NCBI GenBank assembly: GCA_043228905.1
Contig: JBHGNT010000014.1
Span: 3,968,001-4,032,000, forward strand
Direction of reading: 5' to 3'
From: Azolla caroliniana
Lineage: Eukaryota > Plantae > Polypodiophyta
Length of the DNA stretch: 64,000 nucleotides
The translations under genes and the position numbers were made by a program. Below the pieces are notes generated by a model. It saw nothing but the letters and a program-made list of their open reading frames with translations, did not search any database and had not been told where the DNA came from. Positions 25,062 through 38,491 of the stretch are shown piece by piece (the stretch's first letter is position 1; every line of letters begins with the position of its first letter).

Positions 25062-25385
25062 TGTTATCGTCATTTGTGCTTATTTGTTTGTGTGTCTTGT
25101 GACAAGGGAGCGTTTCAGGCTTGCCCATGCGCCTCTCCTTTCCCAAAGGCATTCAAACCTACATGTCTTATATGTTATCGTCATTTGCGCTTATTTTCTT
25201 GTGTGTCTTGTGACAAGGGAGCGTTTCGGGCTTGCCCATGCACCTCTCCTTTCACAAAGGAATTCAAACCTACATGTCTTATATGTTATCGTCGTTTGTG
25301 GTTATTTGCTTGTGTGTCTTGTGACAAGGAAGCGTTTCGGGCTTGCTCATGCACCTCTCCTTTCACAAAGGCATTCAAACTTACG
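25062..25385. repeat. Tandem repeat, 3 x 111 bp; related ~103-bp units at 45270-45479 and 51139-51480
   Basis: Shared core CAAGGGAGCGTT(T)CGGGCTTGCCCATGCACCTCTCCTTTCACAAAGGCATTC; probably one older LTR-like host split by later insertions. Confidence 0.85.
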
Positions 25386-26132
25386 TTGTCATGAAGATTT
25401 TTGTCCATAGGGGGAAAACCGAGCGGAGTGAGCAAAATCGGGGTGTGCAACGTTGCACACGCACATGATGTATTTGTAAAATATTAATAAGAACAAATGT
25501 AAATTGTAAGAAATGCACCACAAGATTCCTAAAGTGTAAATGTGACGTGCACTTATGTGCACATCCACATGAGAAAGAGAGGGGTACATAGGAGTACGAG
25601 GTGAGTAAAGGACATAGTAGTGTGTTTGAGGTGTGGGAGTTAAGGCCCCATCAATCCCTCCACCTAGAATCTAAGCAAATATCCCCCACTGAATGAAGGG
25701 GATATTTAGTCTCTCCTTTTTGTAATGGCTTTTTCTCCTTATGCTATATAAGGAGAGGAAGGGGCACCATTGAGGGGGTTGCCTATTTTGAGTGAGAAGA
25801 GGTATACCACTTAGGTCAAGGGTTTCTATTCGATTTAGGGTTTCTTCTAGGGTTTTCTTCATCTCTTTCTTTACTTATCCGATTAGGGTTTACATTCTAC
25901 TTATGTTTTGAATCCGGCCCACGCGGCCGCGGTTGTAATCGCATTGCGGCTTTCATGCCCATAATATACATAACTTCATAAATCTTGTCTCTTTCTACTT
26001 TCTCTATCGTGTTAATCTCTTCCACTTTGCTCATACCCGTCTTCCCATCTACTCCCTAGTCCAAGACCCCTGTGGTCCCGCCTTATTCTACATGCACGTG
26101 CAGAAATACGCGACATCTTTGGTGAACTCGAC

Positions 26133-27939
26133 GTGAATAGGCGGCAAGGGAGAAAGAGGATGGAAGAGGAAGACATCATAGAAGTAATGGTGAGGATGGT
26201 GAGGAATTTTGCAAGGCAAAGAGAAAGATGGGACAAGGCATACGAGTATGATCGACGCGAGTTCGGTCTGTGGGTAGCATTGGTGAAGGCTCCTCAGGGC
26301 GCAATGAAAGCATTCCGAGAGTTCGAGCATTGTTTTGCTCAACTCTCGGACCGGGATCGAAGATCGGTGGGGGCGGACAAGGTCCTACTATTTTTAAAGT
26401 CGGTCGCTGAAAAGGGGAGAATGGCCATTTTATCTGAACTCGAAGACGATGAAGGGGCGTATGGCCTCACCGAGAATTGGAACGAGGTAGAGAGGGTATG
26501 CCGATGACACGATGAGATGTGGTCATCCGCAACACGGCCCACAAGCGGTGGCGAAAGGAGGATGGTGAGTGACTACGCGTCACCATCGACGGAGGAAAGC
26601 TCACCGCGGAATGGTTCGGTGGAGCTCGACATCAAAGCCTTGGTACGGGAAGCATACGAGATCGTGAAGGCACAAATCAAAGCCGAAGAAGGGTCTACTA
26701 TGGAGACGGGCCGGAGACAATCGGAGTATGTGGAGGAAGAAGCCTCCCTATGCGTGGACGACGGGACCTATGTGGAGGCCGAAAGAGTGTACAATGGTGA
26801 CATGGGAGAGGGTGCGGAGCGAGCCACCCTCTCATCTTGTGGGAAAAGGAAGGCCACGGATAAGGCCAGGAACTATGGAGCAATAAACACCACTTTGAGA
26901 GTGGGTGTAAGTTTCGGGATGCGATTGCCCGAAACATTCTACGAGGAGATAGCAAGCATAATCGAGGCTTGCGGAATCGAGGAAGAGATAGCCACGAACC
27001 ACGGCATCCGAACGAAGGTGGCTACGAACATGACATCGGCGAGTGATGGTACTGGAACTTTTCCCACACCTATTCTAGAGACTTCGGCGGTCGGCCCCGA
27101 GAGGCAATGTGAGACCGGAGAAACGGAAGGTGGCGGCGGGAAAGCGGGCAACAAAGACGACAACAACTGAAACGAGGAAGACGAGGAGGCAAGCATAATG
27201 AAGGACGGGGTAGCCGCGGACAACGACATTCGGACGGAGGTGGCTACAGACATGCCGAACGGCGGTGCCGGAACCTTACCCACACCGGTTCTAGAGACTC
27301 TGGCGGCTGGCCCAAGTGCGGGCATGAGACCTAGAGTGACGGACGGTGGCGACAACCGAAACGATGAAGAGGAAGATCATAGCAGATGGAGGAGAGATCC
27401 CTCGACACCGGGGCCGGAGACTTCGGCGGTTGCGTACCAACATAAGACCGGAGAGATAGGCGGTGGCCGTGAGGATGCGAGGCCTGGAGCGCACACATGT
27501 GGAAGGACCAAAAGGGAGGCCGGTAGCGGCAACGAGGAGAGATTCAGGAACCGACCCGAATGGAAGAAGAACCGGCAAGGCCGAAATTGTTTTGCCGAAC
27601 CCTTACCGGCCAGATACGATTACGGAAGGGAGCTGACCGGGCAAGGGCTATGCCGGCATGATTGGAGGTCGAGGCATACGGGTCACAACACCCGGTGGGA
27701 GCCCGTGAGCGCAAGCGAGAGGATAATCGGGCATAACGACCACGGTTCGGTGAAAGACCGAAAACAAGTGGGAACCTCCACAGCCATTCTAGAGACTTCA
27801 GCGGTTGTGGATCAACATAAGACCGAAGAGACGGCAGGTGGCGGCAAGGAGTCGGTTACCGGAGCGGATGAGGTTACCGAAGCGGGTATCCGGTATGAAA
27901 TAATGAATGAGCGGGGCCAAGACGGCAAGCCCGAGTCGG
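26133..27939 (+). pseudogene. Degenerate gag-like ORF followed by low-complexity repeats
   Basis: FREFEHCFAQLS...DKVLLFLKSV...GLTENWNEVERVC immediately after the PBS; interrupted by stops. Confidence 0.5.
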
Positions 27940-30900
27940 TGACGAGAACTCCTAGCTCCTTATGTCCAACACTCGGTCACAACCGAGCTTCTTTTCATAC
28001 ACAGAAAATGAGAAATGAAGCGCGACACAAAGGAGAGGAAGAATACACAGGAGGTTAACGTGGAAAGCCCCAAACTAGGGGAAAAACCACGGCAGCCCAC
28101 AGGCTGCAAACTGTCACTATGTATGAATGTACAACAGTGAGTTCACTGAGGCAACGACCTCGTGCTCACAGATCTTCGCCACACGCGGCGGTTACAACAG
28201 AGCCAATGACCTCTTTCTCTCTCTCTCTCTCTCTATACACTATTACGTGCACTCTCTTCTTCTTGCACCAACAAAGAAAAAAAAGACAACAACAACAGTT
28301 ACTAAAAGATTTCCCTAAGTCATATTTATACTAATATGACTTTTCGGCTATTTACAAATGTAGCCTCGATGGGCTCTCAGAAACATATTTACGAATATGT
28401 CTCTTCATCCGGTTCTCACCGGGTCTGTACCATCTGGCTCTCCGTAGCCGGGTACTCCTCATCCGGTTCATACCGGGCCTGCACCATCCGGCTCTCCGTA
28501 GCCGGGTACTCCTCATCCGGTTCATACCGGGCCTGCACCATCCGGAGGGACCTGTTTCCCAACAAACTCCCCCTTCACTCCGGCATGGGGTGTCTTACCA
28601 GCCCGATCTTCTTTTGGCATGCGTTCAGCTTGTCGGGTGTCAACACTTTGGTCAGCATATCTGACCCGTTCTCGGTCGTGTGGATCTTCGTCAGTGCGAA
28701 CTCCTGGTCATCTACTCTTTCCCGGATCCAGTGATACCTCCGCTAGATATGCTTCGTCCGGGAATGGTAGGCCGCATTCTTAGCAATGTGGATGGCACTT
28801 TGACTGTCGCAATAGAGTCGGTATTACTCTTGCCGTTTACCGAGCTCTCCGATGAAGTTCTTCATCCATAAAATTTCCTTGCCGGCTTCCACAGCCGCCA
28901 TGTACTCCGCCTCCATGGTTGACAATGCAACCGTCTTCTGCAGCCTCGACTGCCACGAAACAGCCCCCCTTGCATATGTCATTACATACCCGAATGTAGA
29001 CCAGCTGGTATCCACATCAGCCGACATGTCCGAATCGGTGAAACCGTCCAGTTGAGGTTTTCCGGAGCCGAGTCGGAGACACATATTTGAAGTGCCCTTC
29101 AAATACTGGAGTATCCATTTGACCGCGTTCCAGTGCTCCTTGCCGGGATTGCTCATAAACCGGCTCACCACTCCGACTGCGTATCCTATGTCCGGTCGGG
29201 TACAAACCATTGTGTACATCAAGCTCCCGACGGCAGAGGCATATGGAATCTTCATCATATCCGCCTTCTCTGCTTTCGTCTTCGGGCTTTGCTTACCGGA
29301 CAGCTTGCAGTTTGCCGGAAGTGTCGATCCGACCGGTTTTGCTTCTGACATGTTGAACCGGTGAAGCACCTTTGTCACATACTTCTCCTGTGACAGCCAT
29401 AATTGCCTCACTGACCGGTCCCGAGTGATGTGCATCCCCAACATCTGTCTTGACGGACCCAAGTCTTTCATTGAGAAGGTCCGGTTGAGAGCCTTCTTCA
29501 GCATCTGTATTTTGACTTGGTCTCGTCCGACGATCAACATGTCATCCACGTACAGGAGGAGTATCAGGAAGTCCCCTCCTTCAAACTTCTTCACAAACAC
29601 GCAGTGATCGGCCTGCGTCTTGTGGTACCCTTGATCGGTCATGAAGGAGTCGAACTTCCGGTACCATTGCCGGGGAGCCTGCGTCAGTCCATACAGGCTC
29701 TTCTTCAACCCGCATACCAGGTGCTCCTTCCCTTTCTCCACAAATCCTTCCGGTTGTTGCATGTAGATCTCCTCTTCGAGATCGCCGTGAAGGAATGCCG
29801 TCTTCACATCCAGCTGCTCTACCTCGAGGTCCATGCTTGCTGCTATACTCAGCACCGTCCGGATGGAGGTCATCTTTACTACCGGGGCAAATATCTCGTC
29901 GAAGTCCACGCCCTTCTTCTGCTGGAACCCCTTCACCACGATCCTGGCTTTGTATCTTGGGGGGTTGCCGGCATCTCCCGGTTTCAACTTGTACACCCAC
30001 TTGTTTCGGAGTGCCCGTTTTCCTTTCGGCAGCTCCACCAATTCGTACGTATGGTTCTCATGCAGGGAATCCATTTTCATCCTGCATGGCACTTAACCAT
30101 TTTCGGCTGTGGGTGTCTTCCTTTGCTTCTTCGAAGCTTTCCGGCTCCCCCTCATCGGTCAGCAGAACATGCTCTACATCCGGAAATCTCCGGGGCACCC
30201 TTCTCTCTCTGAGAGGATATCTACGTCTTCGGGCTTCGGTAACCGGCTCCTCCATTTGCTCTTCATCCGAATCCGATTCGGGGTCTTGGCCGATTCCGGT
30301 CTCAGCTTCCTCTACTTCTTCTTCTGCCAGTTCGGTATCCTCATCGTAACCGGCTGGTTCCTCGAGTGCTAACCGGTCTCTTGCCGGTTGGGTTTGCTCA
30401 TCGTAGAGTCTATCCTTACCGGTCGACTCAGAGTTCATTATCTTCTTCTCTGACTCCCAGTCCGCGAGCGTCTTGTCCTCCATGAAGATAATATCTCGAC
30501 TCCGGAATACCTTCTTGTCAACCGGGTCCCACACTCGGTAGCCGAACTCATCGTCACCGTAACCGAGGAATATGCATGGCCGGGTCTTTGGATCTAACTT
30601 ACCTCTCCTATCCTTGGCTACATGCACGTAAGCGAGACACCCGAACACCTTCAGATGCCGGTAGGATACTTCCTTACCGGTCCACACTCTCTGTGGCGTG
30701 TCTCCGTCCAAGGGTACTGAGGGTGATCTATTTATCACGTATGTCGCCGTCGACAGTGCCTCAGCCCAAAACTTCTTGGGTAGTTTTGCATGCGCTAGCA
30801 TACTCCGGACCCTCTCCATTATGGTCTGGTTCATCCTCTCGGCCAGTCCGTTTAGTTCCGGCGTCTTCGGCACGGTAAATTCAAGCCGGATTCCCTTCGA

Positions 30901-33325
30901 GCGGCAGTACTCCTCGAACTGCCCCCGGTACTCTCCTCCGTTATCTGCTCGAACCGCCTTCAGCTTCCGGCCGGTTTCTCTTTCCACTCTCGCGTGGAGC
31001 TCTTTGAAGACGGATAACACCTGATCCTTCGTCTTCAGCGGTGTGGCCCACAGCTTCCGGCTGTGGTCATCTATGAACATCACGAAGTACTGCGCTCCGG
31101 CATGTGACTTCGTGTCTACTTGACACACATCCGTATGCACCAACTCCAGTGGTGCATTACGTCTCATCGGTGGCCTTGGTCGGAAGGAGGTCCGGTTCTG
31201 CTTACCGGTCAGACAATCAGTGCACTTCTCTAAGTGCACGTTCTTCACTGGAATGAGGTTGTCGTCTGCAAGCCTCTTCATCCCCTTCTCACTCATGTGA
31301 CACAGCCTCTTGTGCCACATCTCACCGGCAGTGTCGGATGCCACGTTTACTTCTTCCGGACATAACCGGGCATTCATCAGGTATAGTGTGTTTACCTTCC
31401 GGGCCCGAGCCACAATCAGGCTCCCTTTGCTGAACTTGATGACACCGTTCCGGATGCTACCCATGCAACCTTCATCATCTAGCCGACCGGCTGATATCAG
31501 GTTCAGACGAACCTCCGGAATGTGTCGGACATCCTTCAGCAACAACTTGCATCCGGTTGGTGTTGTCAGCCACACGTCTCCTATGCCGACAATTCGGCAT
31601 GTTCCTTCATTCCCCATCCGGACACAGCCGTGATCACCGACTGAGTAGGATGAGAAGCATTTCCGGTCCGGGGTAAGGTGGAACAACGCTCCGGAGTCTA
31701 CCACCCAAGTCATCTCGTCGCCAGCAAGGTTTATCTCACTCTCCTCGGTGATGAGCATCAACTCTTCTTCACTTGCCGCGATTGCCGTCGTTCCCTTCCG
31801 GTCCGGCCCCTCCGGTCTTTACCGTTCCGGTCCGGGGTTTGCTTCGAATCGGTACCGTCGGTTTCCTTGTCTTTACGGAAATGTGGACAGTTCTTTTGGA
31901 AGTGTCCCGGCTTGCCGCAATAGAAGCAAGTGGGCCTCCCCCTTGACTTTGACCGTGTCCCCGACTTCTCCCGGTTCTGAGGACTACGGTTTCTATGTCT
32001 TCCGTGTTCCGATTCGGTAAGGAGCGCTTTGGAGTCGGAGCTCGTATCTTTGTCTTTCCGACGCGCCTCCTCATCTAGCAAGCTCGACTTTACTCTTGCT
32101 AGGGATAACCGTTTTCCTTCCGGTCCGGCGTTGCCCAAAGTGACAACAAACGTCTCCCAGCTATCCGGGAGGGAACCGAGCCGGAGTAGCGTTAGTACCT
32201 CATCGGGAAGAGGTACTTCCAATGACGTTGCCTGGTGTATCAGCCCCTGGAAGGCATTCATATGCTCCGCCATGCTGGAGCCATCTTGGTACCAGAGTCT
32301 TACTAGCTTCCGGAATACCGAAACCTGATTAACAACATTTCTGTTTTGAAACATTATGTCGATCTTCTCCCAGAGCTCATGAGCCTTGCTCTCTTCATTG
32401 AAGTTGTTGTACAGGCTCATGTCGATGAAGCACCGTATGTACGCCGTTGTCTTCATGTGCATCACCTCCCATATCGCGGTGTCGATTTTGTCCGGTCTCT
32501 TGTCCCCGAACTGAACCGGCAGCCAGAGGTCTTTAACAACGAGCATGTCCCTCATCTTTGACTTCCATACTGAATAGTTGGAGCTGGTGAGCTTGAACAT
32601 GCCACCAAATGATTCGTCCATTTTCTGTGTCGATTTTGCTCTGATACCACTTGACGGGAACTCCTAGCTCCTTATGTCCAACACTCGGCCACAACCGAGC
32701 TTCTTTTCATACACAGAAAACGAGAAATGAAGCGCGACACAAAGGAGAGGAAGAATACACAAGAGGTTAACGTGGAAAGCCACAAACTAGGGGAAAAACC
32801 ACGGCAGCCCACAGGCTGCAAACTGTCACTATGTATGAATGTACAACAGTGAGTTCACTGAGGCAACGACCTCGTGCTCACAGATCTTCGCCACACGCGG
32901 CGGTTACAACAGAGCCAACGACCTCTTTCTCTCTCTCTCTCTCTATACACTATTACGTGCACTCTCTTCTTCTTGCACCAACAAAGAAAAAAAAGACAAC
33001 AACAGTTACTAAAAGATTGCCCTAAGTCATATTTATACTAATATGACTTTTCGGTTATTTACAAATGTAGCCTCGATGGGCTCTCAGAAACATATTTACG
33101 AATATGTCTCTTCATCCGGTTCTCACCGGGTCTGTACCATCCGGCTCTCCGTAGCCGGGTACTCCTCATCTGGTTCATACTAGACCTGCACCATCCGGCT
33201 CTCCGTAGCCGGGTACTCCTCATCCGGTTCATACCGGGCCTGCACCATCCGGCTCTCCGTAGCCGGGTACTCCTCATCCGGTTCATACCGGGCCTGCACC
33301 ATCCGGAGGGACCTGTTTCCCAACA
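27940..33325 (-). mobile_element. Full-length Ty1/Copia element A
   Basis: LTRs 27940-28564 and 32652-33325; TSD GTCGG; iMet PBS ~32638-32649; PPT 28565-28575. Confidence 0.96.
28575..32621 (-). pseudogene. Copia A gag-pol with frameshifts
   Basis: ORF pieces 31758-32621, 30058-31761 and 28824-30092: CCHC, WVVDSGA, integrase DDE, LYVDDML, RH. Confidence 0.93.
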
Positions 33326-34240
33326 GTCGGAACGGGCTACAACAACAAAGGGAGAAGATGCCGACACGGAGGTCGGGTCTACGGCGAGTGAAGGGCATAA
33401 AACGGAGCATGCACTACGGCCAGCGAAGGGCCAAGAAGCAAGCATGCACCCGGAAGAGCGGCAACAAGTGACCGGCAACAGCGGACCGATCGAGCCTTTG
33501 AGAGGCAAGCACGTGGCGAGAGACGGAGCGGTAAGGTGTCGTGATCGGCGAATGAACAGTGGGAGAGAAGGATGGTGCGCGGAGAACAAAGGATTACGCA
33601 ACGGGACGAGAAAAAGCGGCGTCCCGGAGGACATGCAAGGCCAAGCGAGCCAAGATGATGTGAGTCAGGATGAAGTGGTAATGAGAGCCGCAAAGGACCC
33701 CGACACGAAGGTTGGGATGACGATACGCTCTACTGCGAGAGAGCACGACGAGCAAGGGAGAAACGAGGAACATGTAATGGGGTCACCTAAGGACGAACGA
33801 ACGAGCGCGTATTCGGAGGACGACATCAACGCACAGGAAAAGCCTTCGAGAGGCAAGCGTTGCACGAAGGACGGCGCGACGAGAAACCAAGATCGACGGA
33901 ACGAGACGAGCGTGATCGGCATGAACGAAGGATTGTCTAGGGAAACGGAGGAGGTGTGTGGAGAACGGAGGGTCACGCACCATGAAGAGCAAACGGGGCA
34001 TCCCAAAGGAAGTGTGCGGCTGAGCGGACCAAGCGGACCAAGTGTCAGGAATAGTACTAAAACAGAGAGAGAATTAGTACTAGAGAAAGGAAGTACTATT
34101 AGTACTAATAGGACGGGATTGCGTAAGACTCCCGAGAGAGAGAAAAGAGAAGAGGAGAGAGAGAGAGAGAGATAGATAGATAGATTATATTATCGTCTTC
34201 GGAGGTCAAATATGACCTATGAGACCAAAAATATTACATT

Positions 34241-37200
34241 TCACGTGATATGTGTGAAAGTGAGTAGTGACTCTCGATGTTCAAGAACTTTACCAATGAA
34301 TGTTGCAATCGAGAGTGCACATTGTGGTTGTGAGAGGAATTCATGCAAAGATTGGGCTCGATCGAAGAGATGTGTAAAGCATGGTCGAATATGATCAAAG
34401 GCAGAGCATTGTATCAAAGTGTGATACTCAGACTCGCGAACTTGTTTAGGGCAAAGTGCGCATAACCGACCACTCTCATCACTTATACCCCAACGCCCTG
34501 TTTCACATCGCAATGCATGTGAGCTAAGTCGCATGGAAGCAATGGTTCGAATGGAAGATAACGGTATGGGCTCTAACCTGTATGGATGTGTACGATTTCC
34601 CCGTTCCACGAAGAATATGGTTTTGTAGTTAGGTGCAACATGTGTAGTATAATGTGTGAAGCGTGAGCCTCCACATTTGTCCCATGTCATGATACATTGG
34701 CGTTGCAAAAATGCCTCATTTACAGAGGAATCTAATGATGCATCATGAAGCAAGTGTCTCGCATCCCATCTACCAAACCATTTTTCTATATCTTGCATCC
34801 AACCGGAACACAAAATTTTGCTTTTATGCGTCTTTTGGATCTTTTTGCTTGCTTCCCACGCAATTCTAGGAAGTCGATGTGAGGGACTTTTTTGAACCTT
34901 AAGCATGTATTCAACAACCCTTTCCATGGCCATGATCTCAATGGGAAGCGATCCCGTCTCAAGGAGGAGGAGGGTATAGGGCGTTTGTTTCTTAACTTGT
35001 AGAAACTTGGTAAGAAAATGCTTTTGGACATTTTCAAACTCTTTCCACATAGATTTAGGGATGCTACCGCCCCATACTTCCACCCCATAGAGAAGAACCG
35101 GTGTCACCAAAGTGTCGAAAAGATATTTCTTGAGGACCCAACACTTAATATCTCCAAGATTGCATGTGTTCTCAAATGCATAGTATGCTCGCTTGGCCGC
35201 CTCTAAGCGGCGTGTAGCACATTCATTCCATCTATGATTTGAAGGAACTTCAAGGCCAAGATATTTGAAGCTTTCCACACATTCAAGTGGCTCATTGTTG
35301 TACATAATGCATGGTTTATCTCTTTTTTGGCTCTTCACAAGCATAATCTTTGTTTTAGAGCTATTGACACTTAATTTAGTATGCATGCAAAATTTTTCCA
35401 ATGCCTTCATAAGCTTTTGTGCATCTCCTAAAGTATTTGCAAAAAGCACTACATCATCTGCATATAGCAAATGCATAATCACAACATTCCCAATGGCAAC
35501 TTCTTCAACACATTCTTCCTTTGCAAACTTGGTAACCATTTCTTCCAATTCATCAATGCATAGACCAAATAGTGTTGGTGAGAGTGGGCATCCTTGCTTA
35601 ACACCAATAGTGCTTTTGAAAAAATCTGAAAGTTTATCTCTCATGCGCACACAACATATAACCTTCTCATAAATTCGGGAAATTGCAAGCATATATTCAC
35701 TTGGCACCTCAAGTTCTTCCATTCGCCTCCAAAGATGCTCACGAGGTACCATATCAAAAGCTTTCTTGAAGTCTACAAAGCAACAATATAAACCTTTACC
35801 TCTAAGGCGACTTTCCTCCATTAATACTCGAAGGGTGATAAGGTGATCAATGGTGCTATGGTGTTTCCGAAAGCCAGCTTGTCCATAAGCTCTCTTACCA
35901 CTTTTTTCAGCCCATACACTTATCTTTGATTCCATTATACATCCAAATAGTTTTGCCATTAATGAGCCAACCATGATGGTTCGATAGTTGTTTACATTAT
36001 TTATATCTCCACCTTTATGTAAAGGTTTGATCCAATTTGTAGTCCAATCGTACGGCATACCATGTTGCAATGCATCATTAAACATATCGCTTATCCATAT
36101 ATGTGCTTCCTTTCCCGTCCATTTGAGCATTTCAGCCTTTATACATTGAAGATCGCTTGCCTTTCGAGAGGCCAATTTCTTAAGTCCTATGCATATATCT
36201 TCAATTGTAAAGAAGGGAGGCATATGTGAAAGAGAACCATAACACATCATCTTTCCGGCAAGAGATAACTCATATAAATTCTTACAATGCATAGACAAGT
36301 CGTGAAGAGTTAAGTCACCATAACTCTCAATACGTTTTCCCTTTAGATTTCCCCAAAATTTAGCACATGCATGTGCTTTCTCTTGCGTTTGGATAAGTTG
36401 TTGAGTAACTTCCCATATTCTTCTCTTTCTTTGAATAAGCCTTTTATACTCATGCAAATGCTTTTGGTAATTCTCTTTATCCTTAACTACATCCAAAACC
36501 ATAAGGCACTTTCGAGCTTCATGACATTCTTTATCAAACCATTTTTTCCTAAGTTTCTTGGTGCATTTCCAAGATGTGCGATTGGTCGAAAAACATTTGT
36601 TTGTACATGAGAGAATGACTTTCTTGAAAGCTTCCCATTTGCATTCTAGTGTGGCACCATGTTGTATCTTTGTCATTTGTAACATATCCTCAACCATCTT
36701 GGAATACATGGGTGCTCGCTTAAGGTTCATGCTCAAGTGCGGTTGTTTATTATCTTCAATAGCCTTCTCACAATCAAACCTATGCATACATTTGAGATCG
36801 ATACATAAAGGCCTATGATCGGATTCCGGTGTCCATTCACCAAGTGAGAATTTATGTATACGATCCAAAATACATTCGGAAAGTAGCACATAGTCAATCA
36901 CACTATTTCCATTGTGTTTTCTACATGTAAAACCATTAGTGTTGGGCCATAAGGAAATACCATTTGCAATAAGCAATCCGGTACTATTGCACATTTGTAG
37001 GAGTAACTTCCCAAATTGGTCCGGATCTTTTTCATCGCTAGAAGAGCGGTTATACATTTGCATATCCTCTTGCATCCTTGAGATATGTGGCATGAAAGAT
37101 TCTTGTGAATCAAGTTGGAAACTTCTTGTACGAGCATTCATGTCACCAAAGACAATAACTTCCCCTTTGGATTTGAAATAAGCAATATCATCTTCTAGAT

Positions 37201-37615
37201 TGGCAAACGGTTGATCTTTATCCAAACAAGCATAAAAGTTAGAATCTTGATGAGGGATGTAACATCCAACTACAAAAGTGGGCAAATCATTAGGTGTTTC
37301 TATTTTGAGCCATATGTAGCATTTATTTTCATCATTTTTTATGATTGACACATATTTCTCTATTTCCTTCTTAATCAAACATGCCACCCCTCCTTGTCCT
37401 CTTCTTTGTCTTGGATTTTTCTTCCATATCAAAGAGTGTACATTATAGTTTCCTAAACCTTGAATCCTTTGAGTATCATGCTCCCATGTCTCAACAAGAA
37501 GTGTGATATCCGAGTCATCGGTGAACTCCTCTATGCCAAATCCCGCATTCCATGGGTATCCATTGCAATTCCAAAAGCATAGTCGTAAAAGGCGTGGGTT
37601 AGTCTCATAGATCAC
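34241..37615 (-). CDS. LINE ORF2: AP endonuclease, reverse transcriptase, C-terminal CCHC
   Basis: WNCNG, LVETW, GDMNAR, SVIDY, SDH; QAGFR, FVDFKKAFD, GVKQGCPLSP, YADD, YLG; RLSSHALRCETGRW...CxxC...H...C. Confidence 0.95.
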   Translation of the reverse strand: MIYETNPRLLRLCFWNCNGYPWNAGFGIEEFTDDSDITLLVETWEHDTQRIQGLGNYNVHSLIWKKNPRQRRGQGGVACLIKKEIEKYVSIIKNDENKCYIWLKIETPNDLPTFVVGCYIPHQDSNFYACLDKDQPFANLEDDIAYFKSKGEVIVFGDMNARTRSFQLDSQESFMPHISRMQEDMQMYNRSSSDEKDPDQFGKLLLQMCNSTGLLIANGISLWPNTNGFTCRKHNGNSVIDYVLLSECILDRIHKFSLGEWTPESDHRPLCIDLKCMHRFDCEKAIEDNKQPHLSMNLKRAPMYSKMVEDMLQMTKIQHGATLECKWEAFKKVILSCTNKCFSTNRTSWKCTKKLRKKWFDKECHEARKCLMVLDVVKDKENYQKHLHEYKRLIQRKRRIWEVTQQLIQTQEKAHACAKFWGNLKGKRIESYGDLTLHDLSMHCKNLYELSLAGKMMCYGSLSHMPPFFTIEDICIGLKKLASRKASDLQCIKAEMLKWTGKEAHIWISDMFNDALQHGMPYDWTTNWIKPLHKGGDINNVNNYRTIMVGSLMAKLFGCIMESKISVWAEKSGKRAYGQAGFRKHHSTIDHLITLRVLMEESRLRGKGLYCCFVDFKKAFDMVPREHLWRRMEELEVPSEYMLAISRIYEKVICCVRMRDKLSDFFKSTIGVKQGCPLSPTLFGLCIDELEEMVTKFAKEECVEEVAIGNVVIMHLLYADDVVLFANTLGDAQKLMKALEKFCMHTKLSVNSSKTKIMLVKSQKRDKPCIMYNNEPLECVESFKYLGLEVPSNHRWNECATRRLEAAKRAYYAFENTCNLGDIKCWVLKKYLFDTLVTPVLLYGVEVWGGSIPKSMWKEFENVQKHFLTKFLQVKKQTPYTLLLLETGSLPIEIMAMERVVEYMLKVQKSPSHRLPRIAWEASKKIQKTHKSKILCSGWMQDIEKWFGRWDARHLLHDASLDSSVNEAFLQRQCIMTWDKCGGSRFTHYTTHVAPNYKTIFFVERGNRTHPYRLEPIPLSSIRTIASMRLSSHALRCETGRWGISDESGRLCALCPKQVRESEYHTLIQCSAFDHIRPCFTHLFDRAQSLHEFLSQPQCALSIATFIGKVLEHRESLLTFTHIT

Positions 37616-37621
37616 GTGTCC

Positions 37622-38491
37622 CTATTTGCCTACATTTCCATCTTTAGGCACATCCTTAACCTTGTTTTTCAATCTTTCTTCATATGCTTTACGACGAGCA
37701 TTTTGTTGTGAGATAGTACGATCTTCACTCACAAAGCATTGTGTACCTTTGAGGTATACCCAACTATTTTCGAGTATGATCCGCCGCTTTGTATCATCTG
37801 TCATTGTGCATACAATAGGCCTTTCTCCGGAGCGACTAACACCATGTTTCCCAACTCGGTGTGCCCCATATACATTCACATCTGACATCCCATAATGCAT
37901 GCTAAAAAATTCACCAATGGCCTTTCCAAGGGATGCGGGTGTTTCAATACTCTCTTCTTTAATCCCACGGATGACAATGTTCTTTGATCGTCGTTCACGT
38001 TCTTTCAATTCTCGGACATCTATGTTTTCGATATTCTTCTCTTGATGCATCACATGCATATTAGATGAGTTTGATAGCACATCCCCACCACATACATCGG
38101 CCCATGACTTCGTTGTACATACATTTTTCATCTCACTTACATCCCGCCTCATCGTGTCCAATTTTTCTTCTTTTAATGCTTCCTTTAACTCAATCTTGTT
38201 AAGGCGCTCATTTGTTTCAAAAGAAGCTCTTTTACATTCTTGAATCTCTTCTTGAAGTTTTGCAACCACTTGTTTAAGACTTTCATTCTCAATGACAACA
38301 CTTTGGAGCTTAGTATTCTCTTTCATTAACGTCCTAATCTCTTCACCTTGCTTGTTTATGGTTTCTTGAAGAGAAATCAAGTGACTCATAAGCATTTTGT
38401 CCATTGCATTAGAATCAAGATTTGTTGGTGATCTCGGCTCATTATCAATTATACCCCCAAACTTTGCGGCGGTTTTACGAGTATTTGCCAT
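37622..38491 (-). CDS. LINE ORF1: coiled coil plus RRM-like nucleic-acid-binding region
   Basis: Coiled coil, then ERERRSKNIVIRGIKE...AHRVG...RPIVC...FVSEDRT. Confidence 0.85.
   Translation of the reverse strand: MANTRKTAAKFGGIIDNEPRSPTNLDSNAMDKMLMSHLISLQETINKQGEEIRTLMKENTKLQSVVIENESLKQVVAKLQEEIQECKRASFETNERLNKIELKEALKEEKLDTMRRDVSEMKNVCTTKSWADVCGGDVLSNSSNMHVMHQEKNIENIDVRELKERERRSKNIVIRGIKEESIETPASLGKAIGEFFSMHYGMSDVNVYGAHRVGKHGVSRSGERPIVCTMTDDTKRRIILENSWVYLKGTQCFVSEDRTISQQNARRKAYEERLKNKVKDVPKDGNVGK

Noticed and set aside
25047-25410. Cys-rich repeat protein (also ORFs at 52644-53259)
   Set aside because: Translations of tandem DNA repeats, open in several frames
25820-25890. Telomere array (TAGGGTTT units; also 45115-45190)
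   Set aside because: Dispersed telo-box-like motifs within LTRs, not tandem
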